Assembly: GCA_001770205.1 (NCBI GenBank)
Contig: MEQL01000035.1
Span: 62,001-126,000, forward strand
Reading direction: 5' to 3'
DNA length: 64,000 bases
Origin: Bdellovibrionales bacterium RIFOXYD12_FULL_39_22
GTDB lineage: Bacteria; Bdellovibrionota; Bacteriovoracia; Bacteriovoracales; Bacteriovoracaceae
This document shows positions 19,801 to 29,660 of this stretch, in pieces (the stretch's first letter is position 1; every line of letters begins with the position of its first letter). The position numbers and the translations under genes are program-made. The notes under the pieces are model-generated. The model ran no database searches and was not told the DNA's origin. It saw nothing but the letters and a program-made list of their open reading frames with translations.

Positions 19801-21795
19801 GTCATAATTTGCATTGCGCGCCACTGTGATGGCCACTGCGGGCCGGGCCCCGTTGAGGTTGGTGGAGATGCTGCCATAAATTTCATTAAATCCGATGTAG
19901 GTTCCATCATTATTGGGTTTTAAAAGATCGTTGTTAGTGTAGGCAAATTTATTTCCTTCCTGGGTAGAATTGGCAAGAATAGTTTTTTGATAGACGCCGC
20001 TTTGGTCAAAATAAAGATGAGGAACGGCCTTGGCATTAACATACACGGTGGTATCCAGAGTTGTCGAGAGTGTTGTTTCTGGATAAGTACATAGGTAATT
20101 TGCTAGACTGTTGTTGTCATCATAATACGGTTCTAACCAACAACCACCAACACTGCAACCACACATTTGTTGTAACTTAGCAGATGCGATATTTTTTGAC
20201 AGCATTAAATTTGGATAAGTAACAAGGTCAACGTAATACGTTATAACGACTTCTTGTGAGTCAAAGACTTTTAATTCAGGGCCAATAAAGGCAACGGAGT
20301 AAGATCCACCTGATACCGCTAAATTCCAATAGAGTCCAGATTCTTTGGCCATTCCATCAACCACCACTTTTATAGTGCGAGTGGTGTCAGCATAATATGG
20401 AATTTTAAAACTATTTGTTACTGGGTAGTGATCACTGACTTTTCCTTTGTTTTGTCCCTGAAGGTAGCGTTTTTCGCAAAGAGCGGAAGTAGTGCTTGTT
20501 TTTTTACAGCTCCCATCCACCATATAAGTTATTTTTAAATCAGAGTTACTTGCAGAAGATGGCCAGGGATAATTATTGAAAATCAACCGTGTAGAGTCAC
20601 TCAAATTATCGTTGCTTCCAGCGATAGTAAAGGCATTGGCCTCCGTTAGTGCTTTATTGGCATAAAGTGTTTTTCCGGCAAATTCTACTTTGTATAAAGA
20701 AACCCCTCCCAGCGTCGTCCCGTTGGTTCCGGTGTAAATAGAGGAAAAACTGCGATCATCGGCCAGCGTGGTATATGTCCCACTTAAGCTTGTGCCAATA
20801 GAAGGATAGGTGGTCGTACATAGCGACATCTCTCCATCTAAAAGAGTGGTGCATTGATAGATCTCTTTTAGTTCGTTAAACCTAATTTGCTCTGAAACTT
20901 CTGCTGAGATAGAGGGAGTTGGCGCCGGTGTTGGTAATGCGGCCGTGGCGCAGATATGATAAAATTCTGGATAATTTTTAAAGGCCAGAGGATTGGAAGC
21001 GATGTCTGCCTGTGATTGCAAATAATCGCTGCTAGTTTGATCGACACCATTTTTCAAGGCCCCATCATTTACGCATTGGCCGTAAGAGCAGCAATTATAG
21101 TCGCGACTAATGCACTCGGGATCTGTTTTACAGCTGACATTTTCATCATTATTGGAGGTATAGGGTTTTGCTACTAGCGTGATTCCCAAATAAGAGATGG
21201 AAAAAGCAGTTATAGAGCTTCCGGCAGTAGATTTGCTGTCGAGAGAGGAGCTATAGAGATATTGTTCTGTAGAGCAGTTGGGACAGAGATCTGCTAAGCT
21301 GTAGGCCACGGTGGCAGTTGGGAAAGTTGTGTCAAGTTGGTTTAACATGCCGGCGGTTTGACAGTGGGTCTGATTATAGCTCTTATCTGCAGTAGAAATT
21401 TGGTAGTAATATTCACGAGTATTGTTGGAGAGATTAATGATCGATTTAGGTGAAAGGGCAAAGACTAAAAGTTTGTTGTCAACACTGGCCGGAAAATTTA
21501 CCACGAGACAGTTAATCGTCGTAGGAGTGCCTGTAATGTAGTTGCTAATATTTTTCCCGCGCAGATAAAGAGTGTTAGTGAAATTAGAATTTAGCACTAA
21601 GGACGTGGTGGTTTTTATCGTGTCGTTTTGAAAGTAATTTAAATCGCTAGAGAAAGTTGGTTGCGCAGGAGGGATCTCGTTTACCAAGGAATCATCGTCG
21701 TTGCCAACATTTGATCTTTCCCCATAGGGTTGCATGCAAGAAGTATGTGTCGCAAAGAGAAATAAAATAAATGAAAACATTAAAAAACTTTTCAT
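16885..21795 (-). CDS. Giant (1636 aa) Cys-rich secreted or lipid-anchored protein, function unknown
   Basis: Hydrophobic N-terminus ending in THTS-C (lipobox-like). Many CC/CxxxxxC modules, a PTPAPTP linker, and a segment resembling PA-IL/LecA-type beta-sandwiches. Confidence 0.75.
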   Translation of the reverse strand: MKSFLMFSFILFLFATHTSCMQPYGERSNVGNDDDSLVNEIPPAQPTFSSDLNYFQNDTIKTTTSLVLNSNFTNTLYLRGKNISNYITGTPTTINCLVVNFPASVDNKLLVFALSPKSIINLSNNTREYYYQISTADKSYNQTHCQTAGMLNQLDTTFPTATVAYSLADLCPNCSTEQYLYSSSLDSKSTAGSSITAFSISYLGITLVAKPYTSNNDENVSCKTDPECISRDYNCCSYGQCVNDGALKNGVDQTSSDYLQSQADIASNPLAFKNYPEFYHICATAALPTPAPTPSISAEVSEQIRFNELKEIYQCTTLLDGEMSLCTTTYPSIGTSLSGTYTTLADDRSFSSIYTGTNGTTLGGVSLYKVEFAGKTLYANKALTEANAFTIAGSNDNLSDSTRLIFNNYPWPSSASNSDLKITYMVDGSCKKTSTTSALCEKRYLQGQNKGKVSDHYPVTNSFKIPYYADTTRTIKVVVDGMAKESGLYWNLAVSGGSYSVAFIGPELKVFDSQEVVITYYVDLVTYPNLMLSKNIASAKLQQMCGCSVGGCWLEPYYDDNNSLANYLCTYPETTLSTTLDTTVYVNAKAVPHLYFDQSGVYQKTILANSTQEGNKFAYTNNDLLKPNNDGTYIGFNEIYGSISTNLNGARPAVAITVARNANYDIYVDSGTFSTCYYCGTDYYSNLAKIFPGNFTYRGGGYEPDGTTSNKSKASIYRADDLLYGRACFIPATMIPWAHQAIADTNAQSQRLHRLQAQHFLFANGYQRDWFGFDYGSLIGSFDGVRWFSIGNQRRIKATSNKLFLAINGYFGDLTATSDFKVRIVDGAINPLTESTITTDFDSDGASCQKYHLCENDSDCVTQLGWDYTCQNVSAVSSKWPIFDNNGQEVPGQEQFIRLLSLVGNGAGTNKRCVYRGRGTPCHADYSVTDSSQTFDNTDLVGMHGCSSNNYCQAFNDVTLKKLFNNKISRWGKSVAAKNAANQTTENTFGLGVKIIGRPYAYNGAEEVETDVISQFANNNFDSLCIPGRSPASWGLTLLQQNSYQPNSLYGGDQVSGVGMSLSGINAHSEYLSSCPTLNEYGNFYHLQRDNLNSSLAASELINLAASQSLPSNSLSIFESILNGQAALLSDFISEQVTRPQHQENRCLRAPGSPCFSDMECGPSSFISTQLASMVADDSSYVGILNKYEINFWKEALICGQSDSLEHTFSLKENRCCRETSKILTIPTYFADSDLFAKESVPGVDTGLSSAKRYSGNSVIYNEVQSGTLPTLEAAYPDQCSASSGCMPTSTIQNQYAAFSAMASKMCCTGHWVRNFHDSNGGGHKWHHSKAQKIDLEAFRCLNWLECVDPANQCPTQFSCAHASSGDDGDCLINVTDNTSAEVMFDWLNRLELAGIPQIPVRKTLAADDDLMCKVDPNNQETAGTTYIPETARNTTAEYRADTIRYYSAADTNNFSSNIKMIFSPDKISCCVPAGETVKASDSADRCCTGFKTSDNRCALEDYTNVSLYFNRYVSSAANGLSDALFDPETGFFKSAINAPSTALIQLACYNNVCASGKLAQGITLSNLKIPGLAEGAVSNKKKRYLDGHDDASNNYNGLADLYDIGLRWSNDLYCIPADLESDSDNNVKIYDCSNY

Positions 21796-21804
21796 CGTAT
21801 CTCA

Positions 21805-21832
21805 TCTTCGGATTTTGATCCTCTACACCTTA
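21805..21832 (-). promoter_or_regulatory. Putative sigma28 (FliA) promoter
   Basis: Minus strand reads TAAGGTGT-N12-TCCGAAGA against consensus TAAAGTTT-N11-GCCGATAA. Ends 9 nt before the ATG. Confidence 0.5.
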
Positions 21833-22015
21833 GTCAATTAAGTTGCTACTAGCACTCAGTTTATCACTGGGCAGAGAGTTCCTGATAAATAAAGTTGGGG
21901 AAATGGAATAGTTAGGAGTAACTCCCTAATATTTCGATTCTCTAGAGTGCAATGGCAAATAGCAATACTGTTTAGAGGGTGTCAACTATTTGGGGCAAAA
22001 ATTTAAGTCAGACAA

Positions 22016-22603
22016 TTAGAATAAAAGGTTTAATTGTCTAGCATGAAAGTAGAGCAAGGCGGCATTGCAAAATTTTTTTCGAAGAAGTGCTCGCCCGCCA
22101 TTTTGATTTAGGATGAACTGAGTGCTAATTATCAAATTGTCTGCATAGCTTATCGCTACGGCCATGGAGCCTACGGGGTATTGTGGAAGTTCTGCACCAG
22201 AAGGCCCGGCCACGCCAGTGGTAGAAAGGGTAATATCAGAATTTATTATTGCACGCAGGCCATAGGCCATTTTTTCAGCTACCACTTGCGAATAGATGGA
22301 ATGAGTATTGATAACATCTTCAGAGACGTTGAGTAAGTTTTTTTTAACCTTTGGGTTGTAGGCAACTATGCTTCCCATAAAATAATTAGAGCTTCCGGGG
22401 AAATGGGTGAGTGCGGAGGCCAGCATCCCGCCGGTGCATGATTCTGCAGTGGCGACGGATAATTTGTCTGCGGTTAATTTTTTGACGATGGTATCTACCA
22501 AGTGCCAATTTGTTTTATCCAACGCAAAATCATCAATGGCGCATTGAGAGGCGAGAGTATAAATTTGCTTTTCGGTTATGATTAGTTTGCTAGCGCACAC
22601 CAA
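22016..22603 (-). CDS. cinA: CinA C-terminal domain / NMN deamidase (PncC-like)
   Basis: Motifs ATAESCTGG, PGSSNYFMG and STTGVAGP. Start codon uncertain. Confidence 0.88.
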   Translation of the reverse strand: MVCASKLIITEKQIYTLASQCAIDDFALDKTNWHLVDTIVKKLTADKLSVATAESCTGGMLASALTHFPGSSNYFMGSIVAYNPKVKKNLLNVSEDVINTHSIYSQVVAEKMAYGLRAIINSDITLSTTGVAGPSGAELPQYPVGSMAVAISYADNLIISTQFILNQNGGRALLRKKFCNAALLYFHARQLNLLF

Positions 22604-22706
22604 TGGACGGTACTTTTAAAGTATACATTTTGTCAATATAGATAGATTATTTGAACTACAGAGAGTAGATGATAGAAACTTAAAGTTCCAGTGGTGCATA
22701 CAAACT

Positions 22707-24275
22707 ATGGGTAATAAAATTGATGTTGTCTTGGATTTTGATGAGGATATTGTTCGCTATCTTTACAAAAAATATAAAGACCTTCTCGGATATCGTATTT
22801 TAAATAAGTCCTTAGATGCCAGGAAGGCCAATCGTGGTAAAAAACCAGTTTATAATTATCAGATAGAAATTGGCCGGCCCAATGATCCATTACATGACTC
22901 CATCTATAATTTCAAAAAAATTTCAACTGCCAGAGATGTCCCCATTATTGTGGGGGCGGGGCCCGCGGGACTTTTTTGTGCTCTTCATTTACTAGAGCAT
23001 GGAATAAAATCGATTGTGGTTGATCGTGGAGATCGTGCTGCTTTACGCATGAATTATATTGCCAAATTTTGGAAACATGGCCAGCTTGATGCAAATACTA
23101 ATGTCTGCTTCGGAGAGGGAGGGGCCGGACTTTTTAGTGATGGAAAGTTAGTGACTAGAATTAAATCTCCTCATATTCAATACGTGATGAAAAAGATGGC
23201 CCAATTTGGGGCCCCGGCAGAGATTGAGTTTTTGGCCAATCCTCATCTGGGTTCAAATAGGATGAGGGCCATTATTACCAAATTGACAAATTATCTCATA
23301 GAGAAAGGATGTCTTTTTCGTTTTAATACACAGGTGATAAATATTTTACATAGCAACCATTCCATTTCCGGAGTGGAGTTAAAAAATGGAGAGAAATTAT
23401 TTTCACCACAGGTGGTTTTGGCCACGGGCCATTCTGCTCGAGATACTTACACCATGTTATATGAGCAGCAGGTGGAGATGGCGGCCAAAGATTTTGCGGT
23501 TGGGGTGCGGATTGAACATCCTCGTGCTTTGATCGATAAATTACAATATGGAAGATTTGCAGGGCATGCGCGATTGGAAACGGCCCGCTATCGCTTGTCG
23601 CACTTTAATAAAAAATCTGCACGAGGAACCTATTCATTTTGTATGTGTCCAGGGGGATATGTGCTCTCGGCCGGAACAGAAGAGATGGGCCTGGTAACTA
23701 ATGGCATGAGCAATTTTGCTCAGAATTCTCCTTGGTCTAATGCGGCGATAGTGGTGGCCACTCAGAAGGAAAAAGATTTTACAGGAAATAATGTTTTGGG
23801 AGGAATTGCTTTTCAAAAAGGTATTGAAAAGAAGGCCTACGAATTATCACAACAATTTGCTTCTGGGCGGGAGTTACCGGCCATGCGCCTTTTGGATTTT
23901 TTAGAGGGAAAAATAATAGGCGAGGGCCAGGTTAAAACCTCGTCACCTTCTTCTGTTTTTTTAACAGATATTTCCAAAATTTTTCCAAACTTTGTTAATG
24001 CACATTTGAAAGAGGCCTTTGTTCAATTTAATAAAGATCTTCCAGGATTTATAGATAAAAGTGCAATACTTATCGCTCCGGAGACGCGGACCTCTTCTCC
24101 GGTTACTATCTTGCGGAATAAAGAAACTTTAGTCTCTACAAATATTGCTGGACTCTATCCTTGTGGAGAAGGGGCGGGATATGCCGGCGGCATTACTTCT
24201 GCCGCCGTAGATGGGGTTAATGTGGCCAGTTCAATTGTGCAGGCCCATTTACTTGCCGGTAATCAGTTTGTTTAA
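22707..24275 (+). CDS. Uncharacterised FAD-dependent dehydrogenase (COG2509-like)
   Basis: Motifs [44 protein letters not shown] and [17 protein letters not shown]. Confidence 0.88.
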   Translation: MGNKIDVVLDFDEDIVRYLYKKYKDLLGYRILNKSLDARKANRGKKPVYNYQIEIGRPNDPLHDSIYNFKKISTARDVPIIVGAGPAGLFCALHLLEHGIKSIVVDRGDRAALRMNYIAKFWKHGQLDANTNVCFGEGGAGLFSDGKLVTRIKSPHIQYVMKKMAQFGAPAEIEFLANPHLGSNRMRAIITKLTNYLIEKGCLFRFNTQVINILHSNHSISGVELKNGEKLFSPQVVLATGHSARDTYTMLYEQQVEMAAKDFAVGVRIEHPRALIDKLQYGRFAGHARLETARYRLSHFNKKSARGTYSFCMCPGGYVLSAGTEEMGLVTNGMSNFAQNSPWSNAAIVVATQKEKDFTGNNVLGGIAFQKGIEKKAYELSQQFASGRELPAMRLLDFLEGKIIGEGQVKTSSPSSVFLTDISKIFPNFVNAHLKEAFVQFNKDLPGFIDKSAILIAPETRTSSPVTILRNKETLVSTNIAGLYPCGEGAGYAGGITSAAVDGVNVASSIVQAHLLAGNQFV

Positions 24276-24995
24276 AAGATCAATTGGTAGTGGAAAGAAG
24301 GTGGTGCTTTTTCCTTCTCCGGAAGAGATCTCTTTCATGGTATCAAGATAGCGCAACACAATGGCGTTAGGTTCTTGTCCTAAGATGGCCGCTGCTTCTG
24401 CTAACTTCTTTGATGCTTCATACTCACCTTCTGCTGAAATAACTTTTGCTCGTTTATTCCGCTCGGCCTCCGCCTGCTTGGCCATGGCCCGTTGCATTTC
24501 AATTGGTAGGTCAATGGCCTTGACTTCGACGGTGGAAACTTTAATTCCCCAAGGCTCGGTCTGTTCATCAATGATTGTTTGCAGGCGATGGTTAATTACA
24601 TCTCGTTGTGATAGCAGTTGATCTAATTCGAACTGACCGACTACAGAGCGGAGAGTGGTTTGAGCAATTTGTTCGGTAGCGGCCAGATAGTTTTCAATAG
24701 CAATTACTGCCTTTTCTGCATTTTCTACTCTGAAATATACAACCCCATTTACTTTTAAGGTAACGTTGTCTTTGGTGATGATATCTTGCGATGGAATATC
24801 CATAGTAACTGTTCGCAAATCAATTCGACGCATAACCTCTACGCCGGGAATTAAAATAATAAGTCCTGGGCCTCGCAGGCCAACAAAACGGCCCAAGCGA
24901 AAGACGACGGCACGTTCGTACTCTGTAATTATTTTTACAGTGTTAAAAAGTAAGATGAATAAAATAACCAGAAAGAGAATGTATGCAGAAAACAT
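24249..24995 (-). CDS. Slipin/SPFH (stomatin-like) protein
   Basis: Motifs [28 protein letters not shown] and [10 protein letters not shown]. Confidence 0.93.
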   Translation of the reverse strand: MFSAYILFLVILFILLFNTVKIITEYERAVVFRLGRFVGLRGPGLIILIPGVEVMRRIDLRTVTMDIPSQDIITKDNVTLKVNGVVYFRVENAEKAVIAIENYLAATEQIAQTTLRSVVGQFELDQLLSQRDVINHRLQTIIDEQTEPWGIKVSTVEVKAIDLPIEMQRAMAKQAEAERNKRAKVISAEGEYEASKKLAEAAAILGQEPNAIVLRYLDTMKEISSGEGKSTTFFPLPIDLLNKLITGK

Positions 24996-25005
24996 GAAAT
25001 ACCTC

Positions 25006-26364
25006 CTAAGTATTTGTTCCGATTGTTAAAACAAGTTTGTCTTTATCATGAGCGATTACTTCGCAGGAATCGCCAATATTATATTTTATATCGCTTTGGG
25101 CCTTCCAGATTTCGCCAGAAATTTTAACGAGGTAATGATGCATATTGTCGGTGGTGGCCAGATTACTTACGATAATTGCTTTTTGTCCGGCCAATGAGAA
25201 AAATTCTCCTTTATTTTTTTTCTTTTTCCCAATGATATCTTTTGCTACAAAAAATCCAATAAGTAGTAAGAAAAAAGCTACACTGGCCACCGAGGAAAAA
25301 ATTAAGGAACGACTCAGTTCAAGATAAGTATTATCGGAGCGAAATAAAAAGAGAGAGCCAAAAGTTAGTGCGGCCAGGCCGGCCAATGCTAAGATCCCAT
25401 AACTGGTAACATAAATCTCTAAGATAAACATAACAAAAGATAAAACGATTAGTCCGAGGGCCCCAATATTTAATTGGAGAATTTGAAAACCAATACCGGC
25501 CAGTACTAAGAAAATTGCTCCGATACTACCGGCAATAAATCCTCCTGGTGCTTGCATTTCTAGGTAAATCAAGGCGGCACCGATAAGGAATAAAATATAG
25601 GCCATACTGGGGTTGGCAAACATATCTAGAATTTTCTGTCCGAGATCCATTTCATATGGAACAAAGGAGGTAGCATCGTCTGCATAGATGTTGTGGGTGA
25701 TTCCTTTGATGATAATCTTTTGGCCTTGTAGATGTTTGGAGATATCTTTTTCGCTATTAACAATCGCATTGATTAGATTTTTTTCGATAGCTTGATGGGC
25801 CTTGAAAGAGGAGGCCTTCTCAACCATTTCGCCAAAAAGTTGTCCATTACGTCCTCGACTTTCCGAGAGGCTTTGCACCAGTGCGATCAAATCGTTAACG
25901 GCCTTAGACTTAGCATCTTTTTCTTTGATATCGCCACTCATTTCAATGGGAGTTGCCGCTCCGATATTGGTTCCTTCTGACATGAAAATAAAGTGAGCAC
26001 CACTAGCGATAATAGCGCCAGCACTAGTGGCGGAGGCCCCTTCGGGAGTAACCCAGACGGCGGTAGGAATATCGCTAGAACCGATTAGAGTTAAAATATC
26101 TTTGGTGGTAGAAACTAGTCCGCCGGGAGTGTTGAGTTTTATTAAAACCATTTCAAAGGATTCACGATCGGCCCGCTTGAATCCTTCTTGTAAGTAACTC
26201 AAGGTAGCAGGGTTGATAGAAGAGTTAATGGCCAAACTCAAAATCTTTTTTATAATTAAATTTTTGGAAGTAGTGTTACTGGCCGTTGGTTGCGCCGCAT
26301 TTAGTGTTGGGATAAGGATTGTTACAAGCGTGAAGAGTAAGACTAAAAAGTATCGACAATTCAT
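25006..26364 (-). CDS. nfeD: NfeD-family membrane-bound serine protease
   Basis: Motifs [20 protein letters not shown] and KAVND, then a TM region and a C-terminal OB fold (GEIWKA). Upstream of slipin. Start taken as the ATG at 26364. Confidence 0.9.
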   Translation of the reverse strand: MNCRYFLVLLFTLVTILIPTLNAAQPTASNTTSKNLIIKKILSLAINSSINPATLSYLQEGFKRADRESFEMVLIKLNTPGGLVSTTKDILTLIGSSDIPTAVWVTPEGASATSAGAIIASGAHFIFMSEGTNIGAATPIEMSGDIKEKDAKSKAVNDLIALVQSLSESRGRNGQLFGEMVEKASSFKAHQAIEKNLINAIVNSEKDISKHLQGQKIIIKGITHNIYADDATSFVPYEMDLGQKILDMFANPSMAYILFLIGAALIYLEMQAPGGFIAGSIGAIFLVLAGIGFQILQLNIGALGLIVLSFVMFILEIYVTSYGILALAGLAALTFGSLFLFRSDNTYLELSRSLIFSSVASVAFFLLLIGFFVAKDIIGKKKKNKGEFFSLAGQKAIIVSNLATTDNMHHYLVKISGEIWKAQSDIKYNIGDSCEVIAHDKDKLVLTIGTNT

Positions 26365-26415
26365 AATGGCCACCTTATAAAGTTTGGGCCTCATTATCCA
26401 TTCAAGGAGACAATT

Positions 26416-27735
26416 TTGCAACAGCAACAGTACAAAATCATCTTGTGTGACTACATTAATCCAAAATCGGATAGCAAATGTCAGTTTATTCAAAATGCCG
26501 CAGTGGTACTTAGGCGCAAATCTTCAAATAAATATGTTGTTGACAGTGTGGGAAAGCGAGAAACGGTTTTAAAAAAAATGGCCGGCAAAAAATCTAAAGA
26601 AGTGATTGATCGTCGTACAATGATAATGCTTCCGGCTTTTTTAGATTTGCATTTTCATTGGGTACAAGATGAAGTGAGCTTGATGCCTAAAAACGTTTTA
26701 ATGACCTGGCTGAACCGTTACACCTGGCCTTATGAGCGGAAGTTTGAGAAGGCCGCTTTTGCCAGGAAAGCGGCAAAACTTTTTGCTCAAAAATTATTGG
26801 CCGTAGGTACTATGGGAGGAGGCTGTTACGCCTCTATTCATCAGGCCAGTGTGAATTGGGCGATGAAATATTTTGTTGGAGATTTCTTTATTGGCAATGT
26901 CCTGATGACGGTTAATTCTCCTTCTTATATCACCCAAACGGCCCAAGCGGCCAAAAAGCTTGTTGCCGGAATGTTAAAAAAGTATAAAGGCCGTTATGTG
27001 GTTACTCCTCGTTTTGCAATAACAACTGATCCTGCTACTATGAAAGATGTGGCCGCCCAGGCACGACATTACTCTGCCTTTATCCAGACACATATAAGTG
27101 AAAATTATCAAGAGATTGAATACACCAAACATCTATATCAAAACCAAAAGGGATTTTCCAAGGCCTATGACTCTTATGCTAAGATTTATGATCATTGCAA
27201 TATCTTGACTCCTAAAACTATTTTGGCCCACGCTATTCATGTAGACGAAGAAGAGTTGCGATTATTAAAAAAACGTCGAGTTTCCATCGCACATTGTCCT
27301 ACATCTAACGCCCCGATTGAGCAAAAGGGATTGGGATCTGGGGTAATGGATTTTTCAAGCTTGGATAGACTTAAAATTCCTTGGGGACTTGCCTCAGATA
27401 TTGGAGGAGGCCCTTATCTTTCCATGTTCGATGTGATGAGATCTTTCCTAGTACAAAACATGCAAAAAAAAGAGGCCACCGCCATTAAGGCACTATACCG
27501 GGCGACATTGGCAAATGCTAAAATTTTGCGAATAGATAAAAAAACAGGTAATTTGGAGCGAGGGAAACAGGCCAATTTTATTCTTATAAAATATCCTTCC
27601 AAATCTCGCCCGCAAAAAGCTGAGCAACTTTTGAAAAATATTTTATTGGTTAAAGAGAGTAGGCGGAAAAATTTTATGAATATTGTTTGCGAATCGTACT
27701 ATCAAGGGTTGAACCTATTTTCTTCGAAACAATAA
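26416..27735 (+). CDS. guaD: Guanine deaminase
   Basis: Motifs DLHFH, WLNRYTWPYE, VTPRFA, QTHISE, AHAIH, HCPTSN and ASDIGGG. TTG start with RBS AGGAGA. Confidence 0.87.
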   Translation: MQQQQYKIILCDYINPKSDSKCQFIQNAAVVLRRKSSNKYVVDSVGKRETVLKKMAGKKSKEVIDRRTMIMLPAFLDLHFHWVQDEVSLMPKNVLMTWLNRYTWPYERKFEKAAFARKAAKLFAQKLLAVGTMGGGCYASIHQASVNWAMKYFVGDFFIGNVLMTVNSPSYITQTAQAAKKLVAGMLKKYKGRYVVTPRFAITTDPATMKDVAAQARHYSAFIQTHISENYQEIEYTKHLYQNQKGFSKAYDSYAKIYDHCNILTPKTILAHAIHVDEEELRLLKKRRVSIAHCPTSNAPIEQKGLGSGVMDFSSLDRLKIPWGLASDIGGGPYLSMFDVMRSFLVQNMQKKEATAIKALYRATLANAKILRIDKKTGNLERGKQANFILIKYPSKSRPQKAEQLLKNILLVKESRRKNFMNIVCESYYQGLNLFSSKQ

Positions 27736-27877
27736 GCAAACTCATAAGTTTTCCACAATCGTCATGGAATATTATCAACTACTGTTTTTCAGCTGGAGTT
27801 TTTTTTGACGATATAGTATGCTTAAAAAAAGGGTGTTCAAGTTACAATTGCCATATGTTAAAGGAGAAGTTATCCCC

Positions 27878-28177
27878 ATGAGATCGTTTCACAATATCGC
27901 TAAATTAATTAAAACCAAAAGAGTAGAGCATACGAAGAGATATTCACAGTCAGAATTATCTCTTATCTTAGGATATAAAAATGGCCAATTTATTAGCAAC
28001 GTTGAAAGGGGTCTGTGTAGTATTCCGCTGAAGATGTTGAGTACTGTTGCTTCTGTTCTTGATATTACTCACGAAGAGATTAAGGCCGCTGTTTTGCGAG
28101 ATTTTGAGGAGACGGTAACCAACTATATAAATACAGACTTTTCCAAAGAAGAGATTGCCGCCGGAGAGGATGAGTAA
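27878..28177 (+). CDS. XRE-family helix-turn-helix protein
   Basis: HTH segment SQSELSLILGYKNGQFISNVERG. ATG at 27878 follows AAGGAG. Confidence 0.85.
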   Translation: MRSFHNIAKLIKTKRVEHTKRYSQSELSLILGYKNGQFISNVERGLCSIPLKMLSTVASVLDITHEEIKAAVLRDFEETVTNYINTDFSKEEIAAGEDE

Positions 28178-28202
28178 AAGTTTAAACAGATACTGCTTTC
28201 GA

Positions 28203-28793
28203 CTATAGATTTTTGACCTTTTTATAATCTTCTAATGTTCCAACGCTTTCTTCCGTGTCATCTTTGAACGTTCCATTTTTTTGAGTGGGTAGACGATGTG
28301 GATCGGTGAAACGCTCAGCGAGAGAGTCTTCAGAAAAGTGAGAGATTACTTGGCCATGTTCCTTGGCATAGGTGTCAATAAAAGGGTGAGCACCATTTCG
28401 CTTATCCAGTAATTTTTTTGTGCTGTAATTAATCTCTTTATCAAAATTATAAAGTTGTTCCCTGGCAGATTGTAGGTGCTTTTCTAGTTTGATTTTTTGG
28501 GCCTTGTCGGCCCGAAAATACATTTCAAAAAATTTTTTGCGAGCGTTTATATGTTGCTCTAGTAAAAAATCATATTTGCGCGCTAATCCTTCAACGTTAT
28601 TTGTCTCCGAGGCACCATTTCCTCCATTTCGCTGATTTGCTCCTTGAGGACGGCCATTTTTATTACTGTCATTTTGGCCGTTGTTGGTTACATGACTGCG
28701 ATTAGGGGCATTAGAGTGAAAGCTTTTTCGTGAATCATTATGGCGGCCGTTTTTATTTCGGCGATGATGGGAGTTATTTTTTTTGTTAAACAT
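28203..28793 (-). CDS. Hypothetical protein with an N/R/G-rich disordered N-terminus
   Basis: 196-aa ORF filling the gap between neighbours. Low-complexity N-terminal third and a helical C-terminal part. Confidence 0.7.
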   Translation of the reverse strand: MFNKKNNSHHRRNKNGRHNDSRKSFHSNAPNRSHVTNNGQNDSNKNGRPQGANQRNGGNGASETNNVEGLARKYDFLLEQHINARKKFFEMYFRADKAQKIKLEKHLQSAREQLYNFDKEINYSTKKLLDKRNGAHPFIDTYAKEHGQVISHFSEDSLAERFTDPHRLPTQKNGTFKDDTEESVGTLEDYKKVKNL

Positions 28794-28854
28794 GGCAATA
28801 CCCGACCCCTGTAGTCTGTCTAGTTAACGCAGACGCTATCTCGATAATTCATCA

Positions 28855-28884
28855 TTGTAAATTATCCCAATTCAAAAGTATAAT
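28855..28884 (+). promoter_or_regulatory. Putative sigma70 promoter
   Basis: TTGTAA-N18-TATAAT upstream of the PilZ membrane protein. Confidence 0.4.
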
Positions 28885-28925
28885 AGTAAAAAATATTGAT
28901 TAGTACTTCAAATGGAGTGACTGAT

Positions 28926-29645
28926 ATGATACGACGGCCTTTTCACCTTCTTTTTCCCATTTTGATTTTATTGTTTGATCCCATTTTTAAAATTTACATC
29001 TATTCTTTTGTGTATAAGCGTTCGGTGGCCACAGTGATTGATGCTCATACCGCTAGTCCGGAATTACTTTTTATTTTCTTTTTAGTTGGGCCGTTGGCCG
29101 CATTTGCGCTATACATGACTAGATGGTGGACGCCGCTGGCCTACTTTCCGTTGACCGCTGCACAGTTTTATTATTATTTGACAGTAATGAAAGAGGCCAA
29201 AATAGCAGGTGATTCTCAATCGCTGATATTTTGGGGAATACTTTTGACATTATTGGCCATTTGTATGATTTTGGCCATGTTGCCAAAAACCTTTCTTCTT
29301 TATTACAATCCCCATCTGCGCTGGTGGGAACATCACGAGCGTTTCCAGGTGGTAATGGATTGTACCGTGAACAACTCTTTTTCTGGAAAGATTGAAAATA
29401 TCTCAGAAGGTGGAGTCTTTTTAACGGTCTCAGAGTCGGCGCCAGTAGATGAGATTTTAAAACTAAAGTTTAACGGCAAGGAAGAGGCAATCAAAGTCAG
29501 CGGAAAAATTGTTTATCGCTTTGTTGGAGATAAAAATCGAGTCGGTTATGGTGTTCAGTTTATTGATGTTGATCCAACTCTTAAACAATCATTGCGAGAG
29601 GTAATCAAAGAACTTAAAAAACAAAACTATGATTTGGCCAGGTAG
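28926..29645 (+). CDS. Membrane protein with a C-terminal PilZ domain
   Basis: About 4 TM helices, then RWWEHHERF...ENISEGG...GVQF. ATG at 28926 follows GGAG. Confidence 0.82.
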   Translation: MIRRPFHLLFPILILLFDPIFKIYIYSFVYKRSVATVIDAHTASPELLFIFFLVGPLAAFALYMTRWWTPLAYFPLTAAQFYYYLTVMKEAKIAGDSQSLIFWGILLTLLAICMILAMLPKTFLLYYNPHLRWWEHHERFQVVMDCTVNNSFSGKIENISEGGVFLTVSESAPVDEILKLKFNGKEEAIKVSGKIVYRFVGDKNRVGYGVQFIDVDPTLKQSLREVIKELKKQNYDLAR

Positions 29646-29660
29646 AAAAATAAAACTTGT

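Noticed and set aside
25006..26493. Head-to-head overlap of nfeD and guaD in the ORF track
   Set aside because: This is an artefact of longest-ORF starts. The nfeD signal peptide begins at the ATG at 26364.
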